Virus record (IMG/VR): IMGVR_UViG_3300032462_000007
Location: 1-56,237 of that record
DNA length: 56,237 nucleotides
Strand: one strand, 5' to 3'
Origin: a virus
Taxonomy: Duplodnaviria; Caudoviricetes
How positions within the stretch are numbered: position 1 is the first letter of the stretch; each line of letters starts with the position of its first letter. This document shows positions 35,290-43,868 of this stretch, one piece after another. Below the pieces are notes generated by a model that was given only the letters and a program-made list of their open reading frames with translations, was not told the DNA's origin and did no database searches. The position numbers were made by a program, and so were the translations under genes.

Positions 35290-36579
35290 TCAAATGGCCA
35301 AATCAAAACCTGAAAAACTTTCCCACTTAGCCTGGTCACCACTTATAAATCTAAAGAAAAGCAATCCATATTCAATAGGATCAATATCTGTAATTCCAAG
35401 TGCATAGCATACCAAAGAACCTGCAGCACTACCTCGACCTGGACCAACCATAATGCCTTGCTCTTTTGCCCAACTAATCATATTATTAACAACTAAGAAA
35501 TATGGTGAAAAGTTTTTTGACTTAATAACACTAAGTTCTAAATCTAATCTATCTAAATATTCTTTATTTTCAGAGAATCCCTTTAGATTTATTCCTCTAT
35601 AAGCAAGTGCCATAAGTTCTTGATCTGGATCTTCAACATTTATTGGAAGAAGTTCGAGCCCACTATGAATTGTATATTCTTCAACCTTGTTTGCAATCTC
35701 AACAGTATTTTCATAGATATCTTCACGCTTGATTCCCTGATTTTGCATGGCAGTTTTAATTTCTTCATAAGACAATAGGTGAATATCAAATGTTCTAAAA
35801 CTCATCATTCTATCTTCCCCATATAAATAGTCAAGTCTTTTCATTGGGTCTTCAATCTTTGAAGCCTTTTCAAAAGTTGTATCTTTCTTAACCTTTGCAT
35901 GGGTATTAAGAAGTAGCATCATTTCCTGGATTACTTTTTGACTCTTGTCAGAGTGGTGGCAATCAGGTGTTACTACTGGCTTGACATCGTAGGTGTCAGC
36001 CATTTCTAATAATTCTTTATTTAGTTCCGCAGGATTATGTGGCATAAGCTCAACATAAAAGTCATCCCCAAAGTTTTCTTTGAACCAAGTCATTAGTTTT
36101 TTTGCAGCAGCATATTCTTTATGCTCAATTGCTTTAGCAAGAAGCCCACTCATACAGGCTGACAATACTATAATTCCCTCTTTATATTTTTCTAAAATTT
36201 CAAAGTCAATTCTTGGCTTTCTGTAATATCCTTCAGTCCAAGCTAACTCATTTAACTTATTTAAATTTTCCAAACCTTTATCATTTTTTGCAAGAAGAAC
36301 TATGTGGTTATAAACCATGTCTAATGGATCAGTTCTTTCAGATTTATCTCTTGTGTCAAATCTATCTGCTGTGATATAGCCTTCAATGCCCAATATAGGC
36401 TTTATTCCATTTGCTTTTGCAGCCCTATACATTGGTCTATGGCCCGACAGAACGCCGTGGTCTGTTACTGCAATAGCAGATAGTCCAATCTCAGAAGCAC
36501 GTTTTGCATATTCTTCTGGTGTCGCAACTCCATCCATTAGGGAGTAGTGAGTGTGTACATGAAGTGGAACGTAAGTCAT
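35290..36579 (-). CDS. dnaE: DNA polymerase III alpha (DnaE), N-terminal PHP part
   Basis: LHVHTHYSLMDG, TDHG, GPGRGSAAGSLVCYALGITDIDP..LLF.RF. Confidence 0.92.
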   Translation of the reverse strand: MTYVPLHVHTHYSLMDGVATPEEYAKRASEIGLSAIAVTDHGVLSGHRPMYRAAKANGIKPILGIEGYITADRFDTRDKSERTDPLDMVYNHIVLLAKNDKGLENLNKLNELAWTEGYYRKPRIDFEILEKYKEGIIVLSACMSGLLAKAIEHKEYAAAKKLMTWFKENFGDDFYVELMPHNPAELNKELLEMADTYDVKPVVTPDCHHSDKSQKVIQEMMLLLNTHAKVKKDTTFEKASKIEDPMKRLDYLYGEDRMMSFRTFDIHLLSYEEIKTAMQNQGIKREDIYENTVEIANKVEEYTIHSGLELLPINVEDPDQELMALAYRGINLKGFSENKEYLDRLDLELSVIKSKNFSPYFLVVNNMISWAKEQGIMVGPGRGSAAGSLVCYALGITDIDPIEYGLLFFRFISGDQAKWESFSGFDLAI

Positions 36580-36594
36580 TTTAACCTTTCAATT

Positions 36595-36623
36595 AAAAGA
36601 GTGGGGGAGTATTTCTCCCCCAC
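36595..36623 (-). terminator. Intrinsic terminator
   Basis: GTGGGGGAG-AAATA-CTCCCCCAC followed by TCTTTT. Confidence 0.8.
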
Positions 36624-36628
36624 TGCAA

Positions 36629-37279
36629 TTACCAATCTACAGAAGTTGACACAGACGGATTGTCAAAACCAAGAAAGAACGATTCTTGTTCAGCATAAGG
36701 AATTTCTCTTACAACTGATTCAAGATTTGGAATCTCGTATTTTGACCAATCAAACTTTTCTGTGTCTTGCTTACCACCGATTAGAATATAGGTTGTCTCT
36801 GTTCCCTTGCCATTTCGCTTTAGCTTCCATGTCATATTTGAAAGAGCCTGTGAGTCTTGAACATATTCACGAATTGTGTCAAATGTTGCAGACTTTGCTA
36901 CGCCCATGCTCCATACTGCAATATACGGATCATTTACTCCGTCATCAGCCAGAACGTTAATATAGAAGCGTAGACGGGATCTCCATCCAGCTTTCATATC
37001 TTTTCTATGCATTTCACAACCAAAGCAGCGGCCTTCGCTCTCGGCAGAACATGCTGCCTTGCGCTTATAGTCCTTTGGATTTGAGTGTTCTGAAACTACA
37101 ATGGCAAGACCATTGTTTTCATCATAGCTTGGTGAGTCTGCATCAAGTTCGTTTACAAAACGAATTGACATACTTTGACTATCTTCTAACTTAAGCCACG
37201 TCATGCGTGGACCACTATTTTCGTACTTTGGCCTATCGAGCATTGCTTCGATATTTTTTAGCCCTTTTACAATTGCCAT
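36629..37279 (-). CDS. Phage gp32-like ssDNA-binding protein
   Basis: WLKL.D....IRF, H..C..C..C, R.GKGTETTY, acidic/aromatic C-terminus; located in the replication cluster. Confidence 0.65.
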   Translation of the reverse strand: MAIVKGLKNIEAMLDRPKYENSGPRMTWLKLEDSQSMSIRFVNELDADSPSYDENNGLAIVVSEHSNPKDYKRKAACSAESEGRCFGCEMHRKDMKAGWRSRLRFYINVLADDGVNDPYIAVWSMGVAKSATFDTIREYVQDSQALSNMTWKLKRNGKGTETTYILIGGKQDTEKFDWSKYEIPNLESVVREIPYAEQESFFLGFDNPSVSTSVDW

Positions 37280-37324
37280 ATTATTTCTCCCAATGTTTCG
37301 TCCTGTATGTGGACAGTTATTACT

Positions 37325-37353
37325 ATTATACCATTATGACTAATAGATGTCAA
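37325..37353 (-). promoter_or_regulatory. Perfect SigA promoter
   Basis: TTGACA-N17-TATAAT with TG extension. Confidence 0.85.
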
Positions 37354-37354
37354 A

Positions 37355-38308
37355 CTACTGTAAGACATTTGCTATCAAGTTATCAAATTGAGATGTAAAC
37401 TTTTTTAAATCATCTTCTGATAACTCTGATACGTCTTTTACTGATTCTGGAAGTTTTGCGTTTATTGCACTTGTTCCAAGAATGTTACATAGCTTTTTAG
37501 CCATCTCTATTCCCGCAGTATCGTTGTCTCCTAAAACTATTACATTGTTAAAATACTGTTTTAAGAGTTCCCTCTGTTTTCCCGACACAGAAGCTCCCAA
37601 AGTGGCTACAGCGTGTGCTCCTGCCTGTTCTAAGCGTATTGCATCGAATGCTGACTCAACAACAAATACCTTGTCAAACCTCTTTGCTCTAAATAGATTA
37701 AACATTGTTTTTGCTTTTGGTAGTCCAGGAGTATTCTTGAATTTCTTACCCTCTACAGACCTTCCAACAAATCCTAAACATATTCCATCTGGAGAATGAA
37801 CTGGTATTGTAACCATATCTTGATTTTCAGAATATCCAAGTAGATATTTTTGAACACTATCTTTTGTTATTCCCCGACCTAAATAATATTCTGCAGCCCT
37901 TCTTGAGGCAAGTGCCATCTGGTTTAGTCTCTGGATAACATCATTATCAAACTCTATAAATTCTGGCTTGGTATCAAGTTTTGATTCAAGACTTTCAAGA
38001 AAGTTTACATTCTCTGATTTAGAATCAACCATTCTTGCAGATTCAAAATATGATCTCTTGGTTACATACATAATAACTTCAATTAGTGAATGAGATTCTT
38101 GACATCCAAAGCAGTAGAATAATCCGCTTTCTTTTGATATTTCTGCAGCAGGAGATCTATAATTATTATGATAGGGACAAAAAATTATAAAGTCACTTTC
38201 TACTTCATAGACTACATCAATACCTGCGGTTAGCAGACTTCTTTTGATTTGATCTTCTGAGTAGAAGTAGCCATGACTGGCTTGTTTTTGTTTATTCCCA
38301 CTATACAT
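37355..38308 (-). CDS. DNA primase (CHC2 zinc finger plus TOPRIM)
   Basis: CPYH...CFGC, GFVGR, VVESAFDA, GDNDTAG. Confidence 0.9.
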   Translation of the reverse strand: MYSGNKQKQASHGYFYSEDQIKRSLLTAGIDVVYEVESDFIIFCPYHNNYRSPAAEISKESGLFYCFGCQESHSLIEVIMYVTKRSYFESARMVDSKSENVNFLESLESKLDTKPEFIEFDNDVIQRLNQMALASRRAAEYYLGRGITKDSVQKYLLGYSENQDMVTIPVHSPDGICLGFVGRSVEGKKFKNTPGLPKAKTMFNLFRAKRFDKVFVVESAFDAIRLEQAGAHAVATLGASVSGKQRELLKQYFNNVIVLGDNDTAGIEMAKKLCNILGTSAINAKLPESVKDVSELSEDDLKKFTSQFDNLIANVLQ

Positions 38309-38541
38309 TCTGCCGTTCTCTTTCCTACATATATACCGTATATCGATATTTCAAAATCGAATGTCTTACCATTATAGCTTATTGTAAAGTCTGTGTCAAT
38401 ATCATATCTTGGGACATATCCATCAGATCTCATTCCCATAACAATCATAGAGTAGTACTGCTCTTTAAGTCTAACGATGTGAGAATCATCATAAATTTCA
38501 CCATCAAGGCTAAATCTTTTTATTGACTTATGAGCGTACAT
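38230..38541 (-). CDS. Hypothetical protein, leaderless
   Basis: TGATATAAT 6 nt before the ATG; MR..GYVP..D.D..F. Confidence 0.7.
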   Translation of the reverse strand: MYAHKSIKRFSLDGEIYDDSHIVRLKEQYYSMIVMGMRSDGYVPRYDIDTDFTISYNGKTFDFEISIYGIYVGKRTAECIVGINKNKPVMATSTQKIKSKEVC

Positions 38542-38573
38542 ACTTTAATTATATCAAAGTAATTAACTTGTTT

Positions 38574-39785
38574 TTACAAGTCCTTGTAAATAAATCTACC
38601 GCTATCGAAATCAATATCAATCATAAACTCTCCACAGAATCCATGTCGGTTCTTTCTAAATACACATTCAAGAATTGTACTGCCACCAGCACGTCCCAGG
38701 GCTAAGACCCAGTCAGCATCGTACGCTAACTGCTTAGACCAAGCGACCTGTCCAAGTGACGGAACGCTCTCCATATCTGTTGCATCACTTGGTGTTGCTG
38801 AGGCAATAGCTATGATTGGAACTTCTGATGAAACGGCTAACACTTTTAACTCTCTGGAGATATTCTTAATCTTTACAACTTCATTATCAGTTTGACTATT
38901 TGGTTGCATGAGTTGAATGTAATCAACAAAAACAACATCTGGAGAATATTGATCAATCTTTCCTCTAATTATAGAGGGAGAAACTTCTCCAAGACCATCG
39001 CTAGAAACTATATAAAACGGAGGCTTGTCTTTTAAGTGCTGATTAGCCCACACCTCGAATCCTTCAACATCAATTAATCCAGAACTCAATCTTCTATGAG
39101 AGAACATTCCATCTCCCATAATTGTATAAACACGATTACGAACTTCTTTTTCTGTCATTTCAAGAGAAATAACTAGCGGAACTTTTCCTGACTTCCACGC
39201 TTGAACGGCCATAAAAATAGCGAGCCAAGACTTACCAATAGCTGGATAGGCAAGTAGAATACCAAACTGGCCAGCAGTAATCCCAGCAGGAAGATAATTA
39301 TCGAAACCTGCAAGATTAGTTTTAATACCATGAATACCTTGTTCATTTAACTCCTTAATTAAAGTAAAGTGTGCAGAGGCATCTTCAATGTCTGTTGCAT
39401 CAATATCTCTTACATTTGCACTAAGTCTTTTCAAATCTGAAGTCTTTGATATAACAGTATTCAAAGCTTCAATTGGTTGATGATTATTTAATTGTTTAGC
39501 ACCTTCCATCAAAATATTCTTAAGATTATCTTCTAAATATTTAGTTCTAAGCTCTTCAAGATGATGCTTTGTAGTTCCAACTTCACCCTCTGGTGAAAAA
39601 TCTCTAAACTTTTCTACCAATAACGATTGTGTTGGAACTGTTGAATTTTGCTCATAATAATTTTTAACAAAGTCCCAAACATCTTTATGTGTTCTAAATA
39701 GCGCATCAGGATTTGCTTGAAATAAAACATGTATCTGCTTATCTTTTAAAACAGCAGAAATTACCCTTGCTTCTAAATCTAACAC
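38574..39785 (-). CDS. DnaB-like replicative helicase
   Basis: AYPAIGKS Walker A variant, SLEM, FVDYIQLM, ISRELK, DAD, KNRHG. Confidence 0.9.
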   Translation of the reverse strand: MLDLEARVISAVLKDKQIHVLFQANPDALFRTHKDVWDFVKNYYEQNSTVPTQSLLVEKFRDFSPEGEVGTTKHHLEELRTKYLEDNLKNILMEGAKQLNNHQPIEALNTVISKTSDLKRLSANVRDIDATDIEDASAHFTLIKELNEQGIHGIKTNLAGFDNYLPAGITAGQFGILLAYPAIGKSWLAIFMAVQAWKSGKVPLVISLEMTEKEVRNRVYTIMGDGMFSHRRLSSGLIDVEGFEVWANQHLKDKPPFYIVSSDGLGEVSPSIIRGKIDQYSPDVVFVDYIQLMQPNSQTDNEVVKIKNISRELKVLAVSSEVPIIAIASATPSDATDMESVPSLGQVAWSKQLAYDADWVLALGRAGGSTILECVFRKNRHGFCGEFMIDIDFDSGRFIYKDL

Positions 39786-40093
39786 TATTTATCCAACCAT
39801 TCTTTTGCCTGTGACCTTAGGAGCTCTCTTGTTCTATCATCATTTTCTTTAATTGTTTTTGCATCATACACCTTGTCAGCATTATTTGTAAACCACTTCC
39901 AATTTGGATGTGCAGAAACCCTAACGTAATACTCGAGTAAATCGTAGCACTTCTCCATGCCATAAGATTCGATTAGTGAGTCTGAAGCCCACTGCTGAAT
40001 ATGAAGATTTATATTCTCGTCATCTAAGTTTCTTTTTTTTATCAAACTCTTATATCTGGATATTAGTGCAAAACGATATTTCTTATCGGCCAC
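39785..40093 (-). CDS. Hypothetical protein upstream of the helicase
   Basis: Translationally coupled ORF. Confidence 0.7.
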   Translation of the reverse strand: MADKKYRFALISRYKSLIKKRNLDDENINLHIQQWASDSLIESYGMEKCYDLLEYYVRVSAHPNWKWFTNNADKVYDAKTIKENDDRTRELLRSQAKEWLDK

Positions 40094-40296
40094 TAGTCTT
40101 CTAGTTCTTTTTTGGCTTCTTCTACTTTCTGAATAACTTTATTTTCTACAAATTCATAAACTCTATCAAGAGCTTGATCTGTATTTTCTCCACTACGAAC
40201 AAAATCTGTAATTCCTATATCAATCCTAAGACTTTGGAAATTTCCTAAATTAAGTGTGTAACCGAGCGTTACTGAAACATTTGTTGTTTCTGACAT
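40093..40296 (-). CDS. Conserved small phage protein
   Basis: V.LGYTLNLGNFQSLRID. Confidence 0.75.
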   Translation of the reverse strand: MSETTNVSVTLGYTLNLGNFQSLRIDIGITDFVRSGENTDQALDRVYEFVENKVIQKVEEAKKELED

Positions 40297-40305
40297 TTTG
40301 GTCTC

Positions 40306-40818
40306 CTACCATGTCTGTTCTTGCCAAGTGGGGATGAAACGTCCATCCGATGTCCTTGTATATAGCATTATAGCATCTCCTATCCGAGAACGCAAGTCCT
40401 GTTCTGTTAATACTTTGTATGAGGTAATTTTTCCATCAATTCTTGGCTTTCCCATATGAATTGTTGTCATGATTTCCCTAATTTCAAATAGATGATCTTC
40501 AGAATAATAAGCATTTATCTGGAATCCTCTTTTTCCACCAAGACTATCCCCTATTGATTCAGGAAATACGCCCCTGGCGACCCATCTTTGAAATTGAACT
40601 CTTGACCTATTTAAGATTTTTGCTGTATTGGCTACGGTATAGCACCTTCTTCTATGCTTTTTAAAATCGGAATACAACATAGTTTGACTTTTACCTTGAA
40701 TAATATTATAAAAACTAACAATATTGCTGGCTTTATTAATGTGAATAACTCTTACAAGGTCTTTATTTAAAAAGAATAACTTTTTACAAGGGACTATCTT
40801 GTCCTGCGGTTGTGACAT
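40306..40818 (-). CDS. MerR/HTH-type DNA-binding protein
   Basis: YTVANTAKILNRSRVQFQRWV..G..P; YYSED. Confidence 0.65.
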   Translation of the reverse strand: MSQPQDKIVPCKKLFFLNKDLVRVIHINKASNIVSFYNIIQGKSQTMLYSDFKKHRRRCYTVANTAKILNRSRVQFQRWVARGVFPESIGDSLGGKRGFQINAYYSEDHLFEIREIMTTIHMGKPRIDGKITSYKVLTEQDLRSRIGDAIMLYTRTSDGRFIPTWQEQTW

Positions 40819-40827
40819 TTTACCTGC

Positions 40828-41262
40828 CTAAGAACTAATTTTTTCGCCAATGGCTATAATTGAAACTTCAGCGTCAACTGACCCACTTGTTGAAGAAGAA
40901 TAAACGTTTACGCTACAAGAGCCTTGAGTAATATTGCTTAAAACACAATATAGGTTTGTAACACCAGAAACAGAGGTTACTGATGAAATTACTATTGGAG
41001 TAGTTTTAAAAATTCCATCGTAGTTAAATGATCCTGCCAGGTTTGAAGTTGTAGAAAGATTTGCATTTGCAAGCTTTATAGTTTCAGCATGAAATACTAA
41101 ATTTGATGTTAAAACTTGTGAAGCAGTTGCACGACCTACATATTTAATCTTTGACAGACTATTTCCTATCAAACTTGAAACACGATTAATTTCTTGCACC
41201 ATTCTAAAAAGATAAGATATATCTAAAGGTTGACCCCTATCGGGCGTTTCTAATTGTGGCAT
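40828..41262 (-). CDS. Putative tail/fibre-associated protein
   Basis: P.RGQPLD N-terminus; F...P.V.....V..IAIG C-terminus. Confidence 0.55.
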   Translation of the reverse strand: MPQLETPDRGQPLDISYLFRMVQEINRVSSLIGNSLSKIKYVGRATASQVLTSNLVFHAETIKLANANLSTTSNLAGSFNYDGIFKTTPIVISSVTSVSGVTNLYCVLSNITQGSCSVNVYSSSTSGSVDAEVSIIAIGEKISS

Positions 41263-41283
41263 TTGTTCTCCTACCTAATTATA

Positions 41284-41883
41284 TCAGATTAGTGACATTG
41301 TTCCAGTATCTAATATTTTAAATAAACTGTAGGCAGCCCCAGGAACTGCTTCAGGTATTGGGTCTGGTAAAACGAAGTCGACTGGGGCTCCTAAAAATTC
41401 ATCAAGTCTATTTTGAAAATCAATTTCTTCTTCATACGACTCATGATGTGGAATATTTTTTATAGGAGAAAGTACAACAACTCTTAAAGAGGTTTCTCCA
41501 TCCTTTTTCATAATACTAATTGCGTCTATAGCTACTCTATCATGATAATAAAAATCTTCTCCGCTCCACTTGGCAAAAACATCTGCATAGTGTACCTCTT
41601 GACTATGATCATGATCAAGTGCTGCCGAAGCAAGAGAGTCAGCATAGTTATAAACTTCTGGAGTATCCCATGCAAGATTTATAAAGGCCTCTGTTCCCGA
41701 AACTGGTGAAACTGTATACACTGATGGTAATGGTCGAAATTGACCAATACTTTTTATTTCATATAATTGTGACCATGCTGACCACTGGTTTTTATCAACA
41801 GATATAATTCTAAATTGAAAAAAATGATCCCCATTAGAATCTGGTGGAGGTAAATTATCCAAGGGAATTCTTATTTCTGCCAT
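41284..41883 (-). CDS. Putative virion structural protein
   Basis: FRIIS.DKN.WS.WS; located in the tail module. Confidence 0.55.
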   Translation of the reverse strand: MAEIRIPLDNLPPPDSNGDHFFQFRIISVDKNQWSAWSQLYEIKSIGQFRPLPSVYTVSPVSGTEAFINLAWDTPEVYNYADSLASAALDHDHSQEVHYADVFAKWSGEDFYYHDRVAIDAISIMKKDGETSLRVVVLSPIKNIPHHESYEEEIDFQNRLDEFLGAPVDFVLPDPIPEAVPGAAYSLFKILDTGTMSLI

Positions 41884-43028
41884 TATAAAATTCCTAATCC
41901 AAGTCTGTACTCAACATAGCTTGTTGAATTCTCTTTCTTCAAAATTGGATTACTATCTAATGTTTTCATATATTCTGCGGCTACCAAAGAATATAGTGGA
42001 TTATAACTCGAAACATTCTCAAACCTCAATCCATCATAAATAACAAAATGCTCTGCAGTATTTTCATTTAAATCATCATGAAGACAGGTGTATATTCTTA
42101 TAGCATTTATTGCACTCCATGAGAAATTTTCATTGGTAGTGAAGTCAGAAATTCTTTTTGTGACCACTTGATACCTCATGTCGTCTATATCTGTGTCCTG
42201 TATAGCAATGTTTAAATAAGCTTTAGGTGGAGAGTCGCTAACATTATTTAGAAACTCTATCCTAATCTTTACATGGTCTGGTGCTTGCGCTTCGACTCCC
42301 TCCCTTGCCTTACTAACTATTGAGAATGCTAACTTGATCTCGTCTGTTGGTAGATTTTTTCCCAAGTTTAAATTTATAGAATTATTTTCAGCGTAATAGG
42401 ACGCACTGCTTGAAGTGTCAATCAAAGAACTACTTGCAGAAACTCCCGAAACTATTGACGTGCTTCCAGAAACCATCATTCCTCTGCTCAAATATCTTGG
42501 CTGCTCGCCTCTTAACACTCTTTCTGAATATTGAAAAATTGGAGAATTGTTATTTATGAAAAGAATATCGAAGAAGTTGCTTTGACTGACATCAATATTG
42601 CCAACAATAACTTGATCAATTGGAATTGGACCTATATATAAAACAGTTGAAGAGTCGTTCTCGTTGTTAGAATATGCCCAAGGCTCTGTATTGCTAAAGG
42701 TTGAAATTACTTTACTGTCAAAAGTTCCCGCTATCTCATTCTTATTCGCTGGAAATAGTCCAATTTCAGTAATTTGATACCTTTGTTCAAGGGGAAGTTC
42801 TGCCTTGAAAACAATTTTTTCTTGACCGTCTTCTTTCAAAAGACCCTTTGATAAAATTGGGACCCTTGCTACTTCAAAATTTAGAGATTTTGCATCGTCT
42901 GTAAACGTGGCTGAAGAAGACGTTGGATAGGCTCTTCCACCAACCCCAACTGCAATATGGCTTGCAAATTCTGGAGCCTGGTTTAAAAGGTATTTTGCTA
43001 TAATATTTTTTCCATTAGTTGTAATCAT
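41883..43028 (-). CDS. Putative minor tail/baseplate protein
   Basis: MIT..GK.II.KYL, L.FE..RVPI, ITEIGLF. Confidence 0.65.
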   Translation of the reverse strand: MITTNGKNIIAKYLLNQAPEFASHIAVGVGGRAYPTSSSATFTDDAKSLNFEVARVPILSKGLLKEDGQEKIVFKAELPLEQRYQITEIGLFPANKNEIAGTFDSKVISTFSNTEPWAYSNNENDSSTVLYIGPIPIDQVIVGNIDVSQSNFFDILFINNNSPIFQYSERVLRGEQPRYLSRGMMVSGSTSIVSGVSASSSLIDTSSSASYYAENNSINLNLGKNLPTDEIKLAFSIVSKAREGVEAQAPDHVKIRIEFLNNVSDSPPKAYLNIAIQDTDIDDMRYQVVTKRISDFTTNENFSWSAINAIRIYTCLHDDLNENTAEHFVIYDGLRFENVSSYNPLYSLVAAEYMKTLDSNPILKKENSTSYVEYRLGLGIL

Positions 43029-43867
43029 GATTCCACCTTATACATTGTACCAGTTTTGTCTATCAATATTTCTACCTGTTGACTCTGTTCTAAATTAATA
43101 AGCTCTAAAACAAGGTCTCCGTTGGTATCAATATAGTAATATCCCTTTTCTCGAGTAACTAATACATCATTCTCGTCAAGATATTGATATGTTGAATTTA
43201 AGCCTTCTAAAATAATATAGTCTTCCTGCGGAATTTTGTCTTGAATTTTAACAGGGAAAATGCTGGATAAAGTATTAAACTTATCCATTGTAGTAAGTTG
43301 CTTTGTAATGTCATACCTTTTTCTTATGTCAGAAAGGTTTGATACTATCGAATACTTTTGATCAATACCCTCAATTGTGTCATGCCTTTCAATTATTGAA
43401 AGCTCTACAGCAGAAAGATTTTCAAAAAGTAACTCTGCAATCTGCTGTGCATCATACTGTGGGACTAATGAAGAAATGTCTGTAATGTTTCTTGTTGGTG
43501 TTTTTACTATAACCACTTCAGGAGTTGTTGCCGCTACTGGCATTGGAATTGGATCCATCGCTGGGTTTACAGTTTCGTATGGTCCTGAAACCTCCTTAGG
43601 ATTTCCTCCACCACCTTTGTCTATGTCAGTCGTTGGTTTAGATGTCGGTGCAGCCATAGCATCTGGCTTACGGGCAGGTGGTGCGTCATGAGCATCTCTA
43701 ACTGGTTTTTTTATTTGTGCAGCTTTAGCATCCCTGGCTCTTTGTTCTGCTGAGTCTGTTAATGAAGGAGTTTTAGCTTTTGCCACTCTTGCCCTTTCTT
43801 GAGCAGAATCGCTTAATGCAACTGGTTTAGGGGTAGCAGTACCACCACCTGATCTTTTTGCTTGCAT
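43025..43867 (-). CDS. Putative virion protein with low-complexity N-terminus
   Basis: Located in the tail module. Confidence 0.55.
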   Translation of the reverse strand: MQAKRSGGGTATPKPVALSDSAQERARVAKAKTPSLTDSAEQRARDAKAAQIKKPVRDAHDAPPARKPDAMAAPTSKPTTDIDKGGGGNPKEVSGPYETVNPAMDPIPMPVAATTPEVVIVKTPTRNITDISSLVPQYDAQQIAELLFENLSAVELSIIERHDTIEGIDQKYSIVSNLSDIRKRYDITKQLTTMDKFNTLSSIFPVKIQDKIPQEDYIILEGLNSTYQYLDENDVLVTREKGYYYIDTNGDLVLELINLEQSQQVEILIDKTGTMYKVES

Positions 43868-43868
43868 A

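Noticed and set aside
34510-35345. Group I intron or intein interrupting dnaE
   Set aside because: Only 23 non-coding nt in the insert, no recognisable P7 core and no intein terminal motifs. The downstream half has its own RBS and start. Splicing is not formally excluded without RT-PCR.
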